Of a stretch of DNA of 64,000 nucleotides, positions 37,928 through 52,282 are shown one piece after another; the stretch's first letter is position 1; each line of letters opens with the position of its first letter. The translations under genes were made by a program, and so were the position numbers. The stretch is from the NCBI RefSeq assembly GCF_006345805.1, contig NC_043017.1, forward strand, positions 21,390,001 to 21,454,000, written 5' to 3'. This stretch comes from Octopus sinensis (Eukaryota). Under the pieces are notes generated by a model. It did no database searches and was not told where the DNA came from. It saw only the letters and a program-made list of their open reading frames with translations.

Positions 37928-39204
37928 GTGTGTATATGTGTGTGTATGTGTGTATACGTGTGTGTATACGTGTGTGTATATGTATATGTGTGTGTATATA
38001 TATATATATATATACAGTATATATATGTGTGTATATATATACACACATACATACATACATATATATGCATATACACATACACACGCAAATACATACATAT
38101 GAATATAAACATACACACACATATACATACACATGCATACAGACATGCACACATATACATATGTATACGTATGTATAAGCACACAATCATATACACATTA
38201 TACACACATACATATAGGCACACATGTACATATATTTGTACACACACATGAACATACATATATACACTTACAAACACACACACACATACTCATATATATA
38301 CATAGATATATATACACACAGAGACTCACACAGATGCATATACATACATACACACATTTGCAGACACATATACATATATACATACATACATGCATACTTA
38401 CATACATACATACACACACAAGTGTATATGTCACTCTTGTTCCCAATGATGATAGCAATCATGGTGGTAGTGATGAGGATGATGATGACATAGGTGATTG
38501 ATGATGCTGATGCTGGTAATGATGATGGTGATGAAGGTAACAATCAACAATAAAGATGATGGTGGTGGTGGGGGGCAGCAATGATGTAAACAAAGATGAT
38601 GATGATGATGGTGATAATGATGATGACAACGCCGATAATGACTATGATGATGATGATGGTAATGAAGCCACTAATACTGATAGTGCTTTTGTTTTGGGAA
38701 AGGAGGAGGGGGTTAGGACAAAAATAAAAACAAAGAACCTTAGTCTATTTACTCACAGTCTTCTTAAATGTAAAATCAATATGCCATCGGTGTGTGTGTG
38801 TATATATACGCACACACAACACACACACGTATGTGCGTGTGTGTGTGTGTGTATAAATACATATATCGATGTCTGAACCACTTGATCCCTTTCAAACACA
38901 GCCACCAGTACATAGGGAGATATTAATATAGTTGCAACAAAATAGGTCAGGGAAATTTTCTAGGGTTTTTTTTCATTTTTTTTTTTTTTCATTTTGTAGT
39001 CTTTTTTTTTAAGAGGAAAAAGGAAACAGTTCACGTGACCCCTTTATAGAGCTTCTGAAACTGGTGGTGCAGAAACAAACTAACTATGTTTACCTTGAGG
39101 CCCCACACCTGTCTGGAAAAGCTTGTGCCAAGGACTCTGCTGAAGTAACCTGAGTACTAAATGGGTGAAGTCTACCACCCCAGGACAGAAGTAATACTTC
39201 AAAC

Positions 39205-39925
39205 ACTTTCCACACTATTTCCAAACAATTTTTATGCAATTTCCATCAATTTTCCATGCAGTTCCTGCACCATTTCCTCACTATTTCCACAGTTTCCATA
39301 TAGTATCTACATAAATTCCACCCATTTTCCATTCAGTTGCTGCACTATTTCCACAGTTTCTATGCAATTTCCATCCATTTTCCATGCAGTTCCTGCACCA
39401 TTTCCTCACTATTTCCACAGTTTCCACACAATTTGCAGTTTCCATATAGTATCTACACAAATTCCACCCATTTTCCATTCAGTTGCTGCACTATTTCCAC
39501 ACAGTTTCTATGCAATTTCCATCCATTTTCCATGCAGTTCCTGCACCATTTCCTCACTATTTCCACAGTTTCCATATAGTATCTACACAAATTCCACCCA
39601 TTTTCCATTCAGTTGCTGCACTATTTCCACACAGTTTCTATGCAATTTCCATCCATTTTCCATGCAGTTCCTGCACCATTTCCTCACTATTTCCACAGTT
39701 TCCATATAGTATCTACACAAATTCCACCCATTTTCCATTCAGTTGCTGCACTATTTCCACACAGTTTCTATGCAATTTCCATCCATTTTCCATGCAGTTC
39801 CTGCACCATTTCCTCACTATTTCCACAGTTTCCATATAGTATCTACACAAATTCCACCCATTTTCCATTCAGTTGCTGCACTATTTCCACTCAGCTTCTA
39901 TGCAATTTCCCCTCATTTTCCATGA
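39205..39925. repeat. 130-bp tandem minisatellite, about 5.5 copies
   Basis: CTATTTCCAC unit starts at 39491, 39621, 39751 and 39881. Central copies appear identical and edge copies are diverged. Confidence 0.95.
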
Positions 39926-40754
39926 TAGAATAAGAACTACTAAGCTTACAAAGATTATGTCCTGGGGTTGATTTGTTTGACTAAAGGCAGTGCTCCAGCA
40001 TGGCTGCAGTCAAACGACTGAAACAAGTAAAAGAATAATAACAATGATGATGATGATGTGTGTGTGTGTGTACGTGTGTGTGGGGGGGTGTATTAATATC
40101 TGGAGACAAATTTACCTTTCAGAAGTTATTGAATTTAGTCCGATTCCAAAGTGTCAGCAGTATTGATCGGAATAAGTTCATATACACCCTTACAGTCTTT
40201 TGTTATGAAGCTGTCAACAGTGTAAGGACTACCAAGACTTGGTGAAAATTATTATTACAGGGTAATATTCTTGATAGGTATTGGTAATTCTTCTGAAAGC
40301 CAGGGTCAACAGTGAAGAATGAGAAAGAGATCTATTTATCAATTTTTGGAACACTTCAATAATGAAAAAAAATAAATAAATAAAAATTAATGTTTTTGTG
40401 GATGTCGATATCATGTGATTTGTATTGAAAATTATCACGCAACAATGATTTATAACTGGCTATATCATTTGACGGAAGAGTACAGATGTACTTTCAGACA
40501 GATCAACTGTAGTGTGGGCAACAGCAGAAGATAGTCCCTTGTCAGGGAAATACTTGCTTTGATACTTAGGCTCTGGGTTTGTGGTTTGAACAACCCATGT
40601 GCCCAAGGCTTGAAGATTACATTGATTGTTAAGTAGGTTTTAGAAGCGTGGAATTGAGTAAACCAGAAGTTGTGCAACCATTTGCCTGTGTTTATGCTTG
40701 AAGCTGCCCAATCATAAAACATCCAAAAACTAAGAAAGTAAAAAAGCAGTTTAA

Positions 40755-40973
40755 CCCTTTAGCATTCAGATTATTCTATCAAACATAATGCTTATTGATT
40801 CTCATTGATTTGAATTAATCATGCATTATCTCATATCTTCAAGATCTTGATGGTGTAATTACTTAATGTAGAATAACATTGTAGGGTAGGTGTGAGAGCC
40901 TGGATCTGGTCAGTTTGAACATAAAACAGATTAACTATTTTGGCCGGATATGGCCAGTTTAAATACTAAAGGG
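40755..40973. mobile_element. piggyBac-like MITE, second subfamily
   Basis: TTAA TSDs and TIRs CCCTTTAGCATT / AATACTAAAGGG. Confidence 0.85.
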
Positions 40974-41038
40974 TTAAGTCAGGAGATCTCAATGACATGC
41001 CCAGGTCTGACTTATGATAGCAATAATAATAATAATAA

Positions 41039-41069
<31 letters not shown>

Positions 41070-41087
41070 AAGAAGAAGAAGAATAAT

Positions 41088-41529
41088 AACCTTTTCTACA
41101 AACGGCACAAAGCCTGAAATTTTGGGGGAAGGGACTAGTTGATTACATCGACCCCGGTGTTTCACTGGTACTTAATTTATTGACCCCGCTGAAGTTGACC
41201 TTGGCGGAATTTGAACTCCGAATGCAGCAACAAGTGGAATACCACTAGAGAATTTCATACAGCATGCTAAAGACTGTGCCAGCTTGCTGCCTTAATAATA
41301 ATAAAAATAAGGCAAGAAGCTGGCAGAAATGTTAGCATGCTGGGCAAAATGCTTAGGAGTATTTTGTCTGTCTTTACGTTCTGAGTTCAAATTCCACCGA
41401 GGTCGACTTTGCCTTTCATCGTTTTGGGGTCAATAAATTAAGTACCAGTTGCATATTGGGGTCAATCTAATCAACTGGTCCCCTCTCCCATAATTTTGTG
41501 CCTTGTGCCTAGAGTAGAAAATAATAATG

Positions 41530-41581
<52 letters not shown>

Positions 41582-42078
41582 TAACAATAATAATCTTTTC
41601 TACTAAAGGCACAAGGCCTGAAATTTTTTTTTGCGGGGAGGGGACTAGTCAATTACATTGACCCCAGTGTTTCAATGGTACTTAATTTATTGATCCCGAA
41701 AGGATGGAAGGCAAAAATCCACCTCTGTGGAATTTGAACTCAGAATGTAAAGACAGACGAAATACTGCAAAGTATTTTGCCCGGTGTTCTAAGAATTCTG
41801 CCAGCTCACCACCTTAATAATAATAATAATAATAATGATGATGATGATGATAATCATAATAATAATAATCCTTTCTATTATAGGTACAAGACCTGAAAAT
41901 ATTGGGGAGGGATGGTTGATTACATGGAACCCAGTGCCTAACTGGTACTTATTACACCGACCCTGAAAGGATCAAAGGCAAAGTTGACCTTGGAAGAAAT
42001 TGAACTCAGAATATGAAGACAAACGGTATGCCACTAAGCATTCAGTTTGAAATCCAAACAAAATCTGCCAACTCACTG
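41088..42078. mobile_element. Cluster of four SINE B copies (-,+,-,-) in AAT tracts
   Basis: Copies at about 41090-41293, 41310-41520, 41595-41815 and 41868-42078. Confidence 0.85.
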
Positions 42079-42785
42079 ATTCATAGTGGTGTTGGTGGTA
42101 GGAGTAGCAGTGGCACTAGTAGTAGTGGTGGTGGTGGTGGTGGTGGTGGTGGTGTAGTAGTAGTAGTAGTAGTAGTAGTAGTCGTGGTGACGGTGGTGGT
42201 GTTGGGGTATTATTATTATTGCTATTAGTCATAGTAGTGAAGTGAAATAGAACCGGTGTGTGTGTGTGTGTTTATTGGCATAATGACCCCACCAAGATAC
42301 AACAAAATCAGCTTCAGCACATGATTTCACATCAAGATTCTTGCAAAGCCAAATCCAAAAAGGAAATAAAGTAGAAAAGAAAAGTATTTATTTTTCAGTA
42401 TTGTGAAGTAAATTTAATGAAATATTGCAAATGTCTTTGTGAAACATCAAGAGGATATTAAATAAATATCCAGAACCAACCCATCAAAGGTCAGCAAAAT
42501 TACTTATTTATTTACTTATTTATGTTCAAATGGAAGCTGGTAGGTCGGTCGGTCAGTTGGCTGGCTGGTTGGTAACTTTGTAATGGCGTGAAAGGGGGGA
42601 AAGTTTGGAAAAAAAAATTATGTTGGGGAATAAATGAGATAAAACTTTCAATTAAAACGAAAAGAATTTGAATGAGAAACTTCTAAAATGTTGAAATGAA
42701 ATAAGTTTAATATCCAACTTTCTAAAGTTTAATAATATTATTGTTGTTGATAGACAGAGATGATTACAAACAAAGCATACATATA

Positions 42786-43210
42786 GGCACAGGAGTGGCT
42801 GTGTGGTAAGTAGCTTGCTAACCAACCACATGGTTCTGGGTTCAGTCCCACTGCGTGACATCTTGGGCAAGTGTCTTCTGCTATAGCCCCAGGCCGACCA
42901 ATGCTTGTGAGTGGATTTGGTAGGCAGAAACTGAAAGAAGCCTGTCGTATATATGTATATATATATAATATATATATATATGTATGGTGTGATTTGTGGT
43001 CTGTGTTTGTCCCCCTAGCATTGCTTGACAACTGATGCTGGTGTGTTTACGTCCCCGTCACTTAGTGGTTCGGCAAAAGAGACCGATAGAATAAGTACTG
43101 GGCTTACAAAGAATAAGTCCCGGGGTCGATTTTCTCGACTAAAGGCGGTGCTCCAGCATGGCCGCAGTCAAATGACTGAAACAAGTAAAAGATAAAAGAA
43201 AGATAAAAGA
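42786..43210 (+). mobile_element. SINE A, full length
   Basis: Complete head, internal microsatellite and (TAAAAGA)n tail. Confidence 0.9.
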
Positions 43211-43574
43211 TATACATAGAAAACATTAAAATGTGTCTTGACAGGGCGACGAGCTGGAGAACCATTAGCACACCGGGCGAAATGCTTATTGGTATTTCAT
43301 CTAATGTTATGTTCTAAGTTCAGATTCTGCAGAAGTTGACTTTTATAGGCACAGGCATGACTGCGTGGTAAATAGCTTGCTTACCAACTACATGGTTCTG
43401 GGTTCAGTCCCACTGCATAGCACCTTAGGTAAGTGTCTTCTACTATAGTCTTGGACTGACCAAAGTTTTGTGAGTGGATTTGGTAGACGGAAACTGAAAG
43501 AAGCCCATCATATATATGTATATATATATGTGTGTGTATGTGTGCATTCACATTGTGTGTGTGTGTGTATGTAT

Positions 43575-44270
43575 CATCAACATCATCATCACCCTTCAAC
43601 ATCCATTTTTCATGCTGGCCAGGGTTGGATGGTTTTGATTGGAGCTGGCAAGGCTGGAGAGCTGCACCAGGTTCCAGTCTGATTTCACTTGATTTCTACA
43701 GTTGGATGCCCTTCCTAATGCCAACCACTTTAAAGTATGTGCTATAAAGTGGGTGCTTTTAACATGGCATTGCATGAGTGCTTTTATGTGGCACCAGTAT
43801 AGGTACTTTTTACATGGCACCGGCAGAAGACTCTTGCAGGCCAGTCCTCCTCTCCAGAGAAAGCAGCTATAACACTTCTGCTGCAAAAGATGGATTTTCT
43901 TGAGTACAGCAAGGCACCAGGTATCTCAGACCTTCGTCATCTCACCTGAAAGGTACAGCATCCTGAGATCATTCTTCAGCACTTCGTCCCATGTCTTCAT
44001 GGGTCTCCCGCTTCCACATGTTCTATTTATTTCAAGAGATCGGCACTTCTTTATGGAGTTGCTGGCATTCATCTGCACCACTTGACCAAACCATTGCAGT
44101 CTTCTCTCTTGCACATGAACCGATTCCCCTTATGCCTAACTTTTCTCTCAGAACACCGGCACTCTGTCTAGCATGTACATTTACATTACATACTCAGTGG
44201 AGCATACTAGCCCCATCTGTCTGTAGCCTTCATATGTCTTCTACATTCAGGGCCCACATCTCACTCCCAC
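43575..44270 (-). mobile_element. RTE LINE 3' fragment
   Basis: QERRLQWFGQVVQM...TCGSGRPMKTWDEVLKNDLRML plus the family UTR and GAT tail. Confidence 0.88.
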
Positions 44271-44273
44271 AAA

Positions 44274-44313
<40 letters not shown>

Positions 44314-44314
44314 C

Positions 44315-44612
44315 GTCACCCTTTTCAAGCCTAACCAGGCTCATGGGCCTGGTATCCCAGTTTCTGTGGTGTATGTGTTCCCCCCAGCTGGATGGGACTC
44401 CAGTCTATCGCAACGTTACTCAAGAAACAGGAAGAGAGAGTGAGGGAAAGTTGTGATAAAAGAGTACAACAGGGGTCACCACCACCCCCTGCCGGAGCCT
44501 CGAGGTGCTTTTAGTTGTTTTCCCTCAATAAACACACACAACGCCCGGTCTGGGAATCGAAACCGCGATTCTGCAACCACGAGTCCGCTGCCCTAACCAC
44601 TGGGCCATTCCG
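44315..44612 (-). mobile_element. tRNA-derived SINE family E
   Basis: Head TGGCCCAGTGGTTAGGGCAGCGGACTCG...GGTTTCGATTCCC. The 3' block GCGATAGACTGGAGTCCCATCCAG resembles motifs of V-SINE-type elements. Confidence 0.75.
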
Positions 44613-46070
44613 CGCACACGCACACACACACACGCACACACACACACGCACCCACATATATATGTGTGCGTGTGTGCATGTATCACATGAGCATGAATAA
44701 CCAGACTACCAATGAATGTTAGCATTATTTTAGCCTTTGAATGATGCCACCTTGCTGGCTAGGTGAGCAGGCCAACACTCCACACTGATCGAAGGGGGGA
44801 CTGGAGCAACATCAAATGAAGTGTCTTGCTCAAGAACACAAGGTGTTACCTGGGAACTGAACTCACAGTCTAGCAATTCACATATGTGCATATACATACA
44901 TATACATATATATATACTACTATACATATATAATATACATATATATATATATAAGATATATATATTATATATATATATATATTTACAATGTTTTGAATTC
45001 AATTTCCTTGTTTGCATTATCAAACCTTTACACATGCATATATATATATATATTTATATATGTGTGTGTGTGTATGCTACGCACGTTTATATATTTGTTT
45101 ATATATATTGTAAATAAATAAATGGAAATTTGGTAATATTATGCAAGGAAAACATATCCCATTTTATAGAAACCATCTCATCCAAGTATTTTCCTTGTTT
45201 TACACGCCATTGTCTTGTTATTTCCTTCAGTTGAATCCATTTTATCACAACATCAACAATTTCCATTGCTTACGTTGCATGTTGGGATTGTTTACCCATC
45301 ATGCAATGCATTTTGTATTTTGTTTTTTGTTTGTTTATTTGGTTGTTTATTTATTTTGTCGCCATTCATTTCTGTTCCCATTTCCGAATTACCTTTTTTT
45401 TTTATATATTTGGTGCTATGTTAAATTTCTCTGTGTGTTGAATAAATAACCTGCGTCATTGGTCACATGGATGCAACATCCCAATGCATACTGACCCGTG
45501 CATACATGTAGATGCAAACATATGCATGTAAGATGCACATACACATGCACACATACACATTGTGTGTCTACATGCATATACATATATGTGTGTTTGTGCA
45601 TTGTGTGTGTGCGTGCATGTGTGTATGTATATATATATATACATGTATATTCATATATGTATACATATGTATGTGTGTGCATGTGTATATATGTATATAT
45701 ATATGTATGTATATATATGTGTATGTATATGCATACATATGTAAGTGTGTGTATATATATATATAATATGCATACATATACACGTATGTGTGTTGATTTG
45801 TATATATGTTTATGTATGTGTATATGTATATATGTGTGTGTGTGTATGCTTCTGTGTAGACATGTATGTATGTGTATATGTATATATATGTGTTTATATG
45901 TACATCTATCTACATACATATATGTATATACACATACACACACACAAACATACACACATACAAACACATAAATATATAAACCTACTAACATACAAAAAAT
46001 GTATTTACATATATGCAGACACCTCTCTCTCCCTCTCTCAATCAGTCTCAATTTCCGTGTATATATACAT

Positions 46071-46119
<49 letters not shown>

Positions 46120-46357
46120 GTACTATGTATATGTATATATATATATATGTACTATGTATATGTATATATATATATATGTACTATGTATATGTTATATATA
46201 TATATATATATATAACATTGTATGTATGTATATATATATAAATGCTTACATACATACATCTATGTACTTATGTTACTTACATAATGCAAACACCTACATC
46301 TATGTATGTGTGTGCTTACATACACCACTGTGTAAACTGACATTAGGCACACAGATG

Positions 46358-46389
<32 letters not shown>

Positions 46390-47115
46390 CTTGCTTAACT
46401 AGACACGAGTATACGTATATTGCGCCTGTTTTAGATAAATTGTATTTGAGATTAATAGATAGATCAAAGGCATGAATTAGAAAGAGAAACCAAACAGGAT
46501 TTATTAATGAGAAAGAAGAAATCAATGCTCATGCATACACATACACATTCATACATAAATCACATTTTCATATACATACACACACACACAGATACACACA
46601 CATAGAGAGTCTTTCTCACATACATGTGTACATAGTAATATAAAACACTCCTGTGTAGCTTATTTACTTTTGAATATATACATACGTACATACATATATG
46701 TGTGTGTGTATTTATATATAATATATATATATGTATATATATGTATCAATATATATATATATTTATGCTATGTGCATATGTGACTGTGCTTGCGTGTGTT
46801 GAATGAATAAATTGCATCAATAGACATGAATACACATTGCAATATATAGCTGACCTTCACACATACTTGTTCATTGAGTTCTTACAACATGACCAGTTGT
46901 GGCAACGTTCATCTCTTCAGAGAAGATTATTAAATGTGTGGTAGCATGGTTTACTCATTTCCTCTGGGGTGGAGTAACAAAGGATATTACGAAAACAGTG
47001 ATAGTAATAGTCCTAGCAATTATAATAGTGACAGTAACTGTATTGAAATACGATGTAAACAGTAAAATATTATTAGGAAATGGTAAAGATACTAAGAGTA
47101 ATAATAATAATAATA

Positions 47116-47628
47116 ATCCTTTCTGTTATAATCACAAGGCCTGCAATTTGGGGATTTACATCGATCTCAGTACTCAACTGATGTTTATTTTATTGATCCC
47201 CGGAAGGATGAACGGCAAAGTCAACCTTGGTGGAACTTGAACTGAGAACATAAACACAGGTGAATTACCACTAAGCATTTCATCAGATGTGCTAACTATT
47301 TCTCCAGTTCACCACCTTAATGATAATAATAATAATAGTAATAATAATAATAATATTAAAAATGATGAAAGTAAACATTACAGGAAAAATTATTCTTTTA
47401 CTTGTTTCAGTCATTAGACTGTGGCCATGCTGGAACACTGGCATAAAGAGTTTTAGCTGAACAAGTCAATCACAGTACTTATTGTTTTTTAAACCCGGTA
47501 GTTATTCTGTTAGTCTCTTTTGGTGAACTGATAAGTTACTGGGAAGGAAACACACCAACACTAACTGTCAATCAGTGGTGGGGAACAAACAAACGCACGT
47601 GCACACACACACACACACACACACACAT

Positions 47629-47663
<35 letters not shown>

Positions 47664-47822
47664 CACACACACACACACACACACATACATGATGGCCTTC
47701 TTTCAGTTTCCATCTACCAGATCCACTTACAAACCTTTGGTCAGCATGAGGCTATAGCAGAAGACACTTGTCCAAGTTGCTACACAGTGGAACTGAACCT
47801 GGAACCCTGTGGTTGGAAAGCA
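47116..47822 (-). mobile_element. SINE B (47116-47320) and SINE A (47393-47822)
   Basis: Family matches. Confidence 0.8.
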
Positions 47823-47910
47823 CACTCATGCCTATTATCTGGAGAAAACAATATCAAAATTGAAATACAGATAGACATAAGGTGGAAGTTGTAGTTATGG
47901 GAATAATAAA

Positions 47911-48176
47911 TATGAGGTGGTGGTCAAAAAGTTCCCGGGCTAGTTCTGTAGCGCACCAACAAATGGCAGCACACAGTTGCATGTGCTGTGAGTGCAGGAA
48001 GTAACTTTCATAAGGCAGAGTGCCAAGTGACATCACTGTGTTTACTTCACAAGTTGTGAAATTTGGGTTCTTGAGATCCAGAGCATATCTCAGAAGGTCC
48101 TTGACTCACTAATGGAAAACAACTTCCAGGCCAGATTCCAAAAGTGGCAGGAACGCTTGCACCAGTGTATTGCAGG
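47911..48176 (+). mobile_element. mariner-like deleted remnant
   Basis: TA-TGAGGTGGTGGTCAAAAAGTTCC terminus. ENNFQARFQKWQERLHQCIA resembles the mariner transposase C-terminus. Confidence 0.55.
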
Positions 48177-48519
48177 AATGAGACAAGTAAAAGATAAAAG
48201 AGAAAAGAGAAATGTAGGTTCAATACCCAGCAAAGTCAGTCAACTTGGCCTTTCCCCATATCAGGTCAGACATATGCCAGGGTCAGTTCTTATCTCTCAC
48301 ACTTCCATGCCTCAAGATGGGCTCTGCCAAGTTTATAATACCCAAAATTTGTTGTATGTCATAACAGTGCTCTTATGGCTCCACCAGGCTCTGTAGGCCT
48401 GAGGCAAGGTGCAAGCAAGACAATAAAACCAAGAAATAAAATAAAGTTCCTGTTGCCATCCCCTAATACTGAAGCCACATCATCAGCTAAAAAGTTACAT
48501 TGCTAAACACCTTATCAAA

Positions 48520-48906
48520 TTCTTTTCTACTCTAAGCACAAGGCCTGAAACTTTTAGGGAGGAGCTCAGTCGATTTGATCAACCACGTACACAACTGGTT
48601 CTTAATTTATTGACTCTCAAAGGATGAAAGGCGAAGTCGAACTCGGCAGACTTTGTACTCAGAACGTAAAGACAGACGAAATACCTATTTCTTTACTACC
48701 CAGAAGGGGCTAAACATAGAGGGGACAAACAAGGACAGACTAACGGATTAAGTCAATTACATCGACCCCAGTACTTATTTAATTGACCCGGAAGGATGAA
48801 AGGCAAAGTCGACCTCAGCAGAATTTGAACTCACAACGTAACGACAGACGATATACGGCTACGCATTTCGCCCGGTGTGCTAACGTTTCTGCCAGCTTGC
48901 CGCCTT
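48520..48906 (-). mobile_element. SINE B with internal re-start (dimeric form)
   Basis: Same organisation as 7385-7767. AAACACCTYATCAAATT is duplicated on both flanks. Confidence 0.85.
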
Positions 48907-49404
48907 AAACACCTCATCAAATTAACTCACAAGAAATTTGTTCAGAGGAAGGTGGGTTATTTACTACAGCAAAAAGAGAGGAAGGGATCATTTCAGAGGT
49001 GGAGAAGGGTGTGATACAGTGGGAGAGATTACAGTTTTGCTTGACCTATTTAAAGGAGATAGGTGAACAGTGGGGATGGTCACAGTGGTGATGGTGGGGG
49101 AGGGGAACATGTCAGGAGTAACTTTTGATGTCACCTCATCTATTTAGGTAAAAAGATGTCAAAACATTTTAATAACCACTACCACCACTCTTGTTGTTGC
49201 TGGTTATTGTTGGAGTTGTGAAGATGACAGAGGTGGTATGCTTGATTATTATCATTATTATTTTCATTATTATTATTATTATCATTATTATTATTATTAT
49301 TATTATTACTATTATCACCATCATTAATATTAATGGTGTTGCTGTTGATGTTATTTTCATTACTAATGATAATGATAATAACAATAATAATAATAATGAT
49401 AATA

Positions 49405-49727
49405 GTAAGAAGAAGGAGGAGGAGGAGAAAGAGGAGCAGAAGGGAAGAACAAGGGAGTGGGAGGAGGAGGGGAGGAGAGCTGGGCAGGAAAAAGAGAGGG
49501 AAAGCAGGAGAGGAGGAAGAGGAGACTGGAGAAAGGGGATGAAGAGAGATGAGGAGGAGAAGTGGGGAAGAGGAGGAGTGGAGTGGAGACAAGGGGAGAG
49601 AGAAGGAGGGGAAAAGAAAAGGAGAAAAGAGAGAGAGAAAGCGGTGGAGGAGAAGGAGGAAGAAGAAGAAGAAGAAGAGAAGAAGAAGAAGAAGAAGAAG
49701 AAGAAGAAGAAGAAGAAGAAGAAGAAG
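49405..49727. repeat. Polypurine tract ending in (GAA)n
   Basis: Directly visible. Confidence 0.9.
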
Positions 49728-50324
49728 GTTTTTATTTTATCAAAGCTTATGTCCAAGTGGCACTGAAAAAAAGCACCCCACCCCACCCCCAAATCCTTTG
49801 CTGATTTGTAAAATAAGAATGATTAAAAGAAAATAATTTACAGAGGTTTGTGGAGATTAATGACTAATTTTAGTTGATACAAGGGAGAAGGTGAAGGAGG
49901 AGGAGGAAGAAGAGGGAAGGACTGGAAGAGGAGGAAGATGAAGGGGTTAGATTGTTGGTCTTTGCTAGTTGTTTGGGTCCATCCTGAACAAACAGTCCCA
50001 CTCACTCACCAATACCTCTTGGAACATGCTTTGATTTGTTGCAGATAATAATAATAATAATAACAATAATAATAATAATAATGATAATAATAATAATAAT
50101 GATCAGTAAACAAATAATTAAATGAATAAGAAGACGGAGGAAAAGGCTTTCGTGTCTGAATTAAGAAATTCTTTTGAAGTAGGCAAAAGTAAATCATTAA
50201 GTGGGTAACTAAATAAATTAATTAATTTAAAGAACAAACATAAGATAAACAAATTAGGTGTGAAAAACAAAAACAAGAAAAAATAATGCATTTTATTTTG
50301 AACTGTGAGGAAAAGGTAGATATT

Positions 50325-50660
<336 letters not shown>

Positions 50661-51265
50661 AAATAGCATAAAAGTAAACATCAAGTATCATAAACCAAGC
50701 AAAACATATCATTAAATAGTGGATATAAAATGTGACATACATACAACACATGTAATTAGGAAATTAATTATGGGTAACGAAGGATGCTAAGTGATCTTGG
50801 GAAAAGAAAAGGAAGAAAGAAAAAAGCAGTATTACTAGCTGCCAATCTATTGGTAGAATGGATGAAATATTAGTTCTGAACTACCATCTTATGTTAGCTA
50901 AGACTGTAATCCTCAACAATTCTAGGCTTGAAAATGTTGTATCTTTTACTTGTTTATGGCTTTGGACTTGGCCATGCTGGGGCACTGCCTTGAAAGGTTT
51001 AGCTGGATAAATTTATCCCCAATACTTAGTTCTCTTCCTTTTTTTTATTTGACATCTGTACTCATTCTATTGGTCTCTTTTGCTGAACTGCAGAGTTATG
51101 GGGATGTAAACAAACCAACACCAGTTCCCAAGTGGTTGGGACAAACACAACAAAAGCAAGAATGAACACCTTCATATATAAATATGTTCGACCTATATAA
51201 TGTTCATATATATATATATATATGTTCGACCTGTATAATGTTCATATATATATATGTATATGTTC

Positions 51266-51431
51266 GACCTTCGAACATTAGGTCTCATCGAGGCAATGAC
51301 TAGTGACCGAGACCTTTGGAAGTATGCTGTGCGTGAGAAGACCCAGCAGGACAAGTGAGACCATAACCCGTGGCCTCTACCTGGGATGTAGCCAGTCCGC
51401 TTATGCATACCTTTCCTTCTTGGGACACAAA
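51266..51431 (+). mobile_element. RTE fragment of the 10263 subfamily
   Basis: Matches 10324-10490. Confidence 0.85.
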
Positions 51432-52282
51432 ACAAGAAGAGGACATGCACAAGGAATGTATTAGTTTGGTTCTCAGTGGAAGGAGAGAAAAAGGGAAAAG
51501 TCCAAAGATAGAGGAAAAAATCTTCAACAGCATGTGTGTTGATACATACGCACATACATGCACACAACATGTTTCCTCACAGTTCTCATCAACCAAGTTC
51601 ACTCACAAAGCATTGGTCAGCCCATGGCTATGGTTGGAGACACTTGCCCAAGGTGCAGCACAATGGAAACGGCTGCAAAGCAAGCTTGTGAACCTCACTG
51701 AGTATTTTAAAATCTAAGGTAGCAAAAATAACTTATTTTGAGTCCACCTTGTTATTGCTGAGGAGGGGAAAAAAAGAAAAAGAAAGCAACAACTTCTATA
51801 ATTAAATTTTTACTCTACATTTTATTAACTCAAAAAACATTTTCTTTTGTTTGTTTGTTTTTTGTTGTTTTTTTCTCCGTTTTTTTTTTTTGATTGTTTG
51901 TTTTTTTAGTTTTTTTTTTGTTTTTGGAAAGTACTAAATTCTGTAATCTGACAGGTAAATTGAAAACCAGGATTAGGAAGCTGGCTTTTGCAAAATCTGT
52001 AGGAATTGTGTGTGTATTGAATGATTGGAAATATATCGAGAAACTGTAATGAGTTTTACGAGGAATTTGCAGAATTAAAAGCTTAGTAGAATAAGAGCAT
52101 TTAGTTGAAGTGGGATTTGGATCTTGTCAGAGAACTAAGGCAGGAAACAGCGAAATGTGTTTAGTAACAAGGAAACACAGGCTTGTACAGAAATTATCTG
52201 AATTTCACTACTAAGGTAATTATAACTCAACCGAGATTTAATTAAATGTTTATTTTACTAGAGTGCAGAAGTTTTTATGTAA

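Noticed and set aside
39205-39925. Regular repeat array as CRISPR or as a repeat protein (ORF 39161-39709)
   Set aside because: No unique spacers or cas genes, and the context is eukaryotic. The 130-bp unit is not a multiple of 3.
44540-44612. tRNA-like sequence (also the SINE heads elsewhere)
   Set aside because: Box A/B are present, but the sequence continues into a SINE body without a proper acceptor stem. These are SINE heads, not tRNA genes.
11579-45460. Shared 12-mer ACCTGCGTCATT at about 11579 and 45449 (minus strand reads TNDAG followed by GT), suggesting paralogous exons
   Set aside because: No homology beyond 12 nt, no good acceptor sites, and such a match is expected by chance in 64 kb.
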